Shown here piece after piece: positions 63,431-64,000 of a stretch of DNA of 64,000 bases. Both the position numbers and the translations under genes were made by a program. The notes under the pieces were generated by a model. The model was not told where the DNA came from. It saw only the letters and a program-made list of their open reading frames with translations, and made no database searches. Source of the stretch: Mytilus edulis (lineage: Eukaryota); NCBI RefSeq assembly GCF_963676685.1, contig NC_092346.1:101618001-101682000 (forward strand). The letters run 5' to 3'. Position 1 is the stretch's first letter. Each line of letters starts with the position of its first letter.

Positions 63431-64000
63431 TTCGATTTTCTATCACTGTAACAATAATTTTTCACTTCACTGTTGTTCATAATTTGGATGTTTTTTCAAT
63501 AACTATGGCCTATCAATGTCATTTTAGCATCCTTTTTCTAGCCAACATTTTTTAATATTTGAAATAATAGTTATTGATTTAGAAAGTAAGAGATCAGATC
63601 GCTGGAATCATTCAAATGTAACCTAGAAGAAAAATCATTAGACAATAACAATAATATGGAGAGATATTGTCTACACAATAGAAATCATCTGTCATCTTCA
63701 TTCTGTTGGATAAAAAAACTATTTATATACATCATTACTCTTTCTTATTATTATTAAGACAAAACTTGTAGATAATGCAATAATGAATTAAAGTCTACTT
63801 TTAAGATTTGTCAAAACCGCCCCTTTAAAAATAAGAAAATTGTCCTGCTTAATTTCATTATCTCAAGTAGTTATTGTGTTTCGATCTTCGATTATCTCTT
63901 TCATCTTTTCTCTGTTTGTTTTTTATATTTCAATAAAATTAAAAACTGTTTTTATACCAGCAAATGAGGACAGTTTATTTGTTATGATAAATTGTTATCA

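Overview
AT-rich, intron-rich animal genomic DNA. The dispersed repeat families look like a bivalve, probably Mytilus (inference). I assembled three host genes by hand from splice signals and reading-frame continuity. (1) The 5' four exons of a minus-strand C2H2 zinc-finger gene with one finger per exon, most like TFIIIA/GTF3A (ATG at 9625, continues off the left edge). (2) A complete 18-exon plus-strand astacin (M12A) metalloprotease, 14287-38430, 847 aa: signal peptide, prodomain, furin site, catalytic domain, EGF-like domain, then 8 ShKT domains with acidic linkers. (3) The last six coding exons of PSMD1/Rpn2 on the minus strand (59663-47008). Introns are full of mobile DNA: MITEs with target-site duplications (TSDs), Helentron-type elements, Crypton-like hairpin elements, CR1/L2 and RTE LINE fragments, and a 6.5-kb foldback Academ element that contains a LINE with a 1014-aa ORF. 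The most striking pattern is that most of the longer tandem arrays are amplified copies of the host genes' own RNA-processing signals. There are five exon/intron-junction arrays across all three genes, from near-perfect to decayed, plus one array built on a poly(A) signal.
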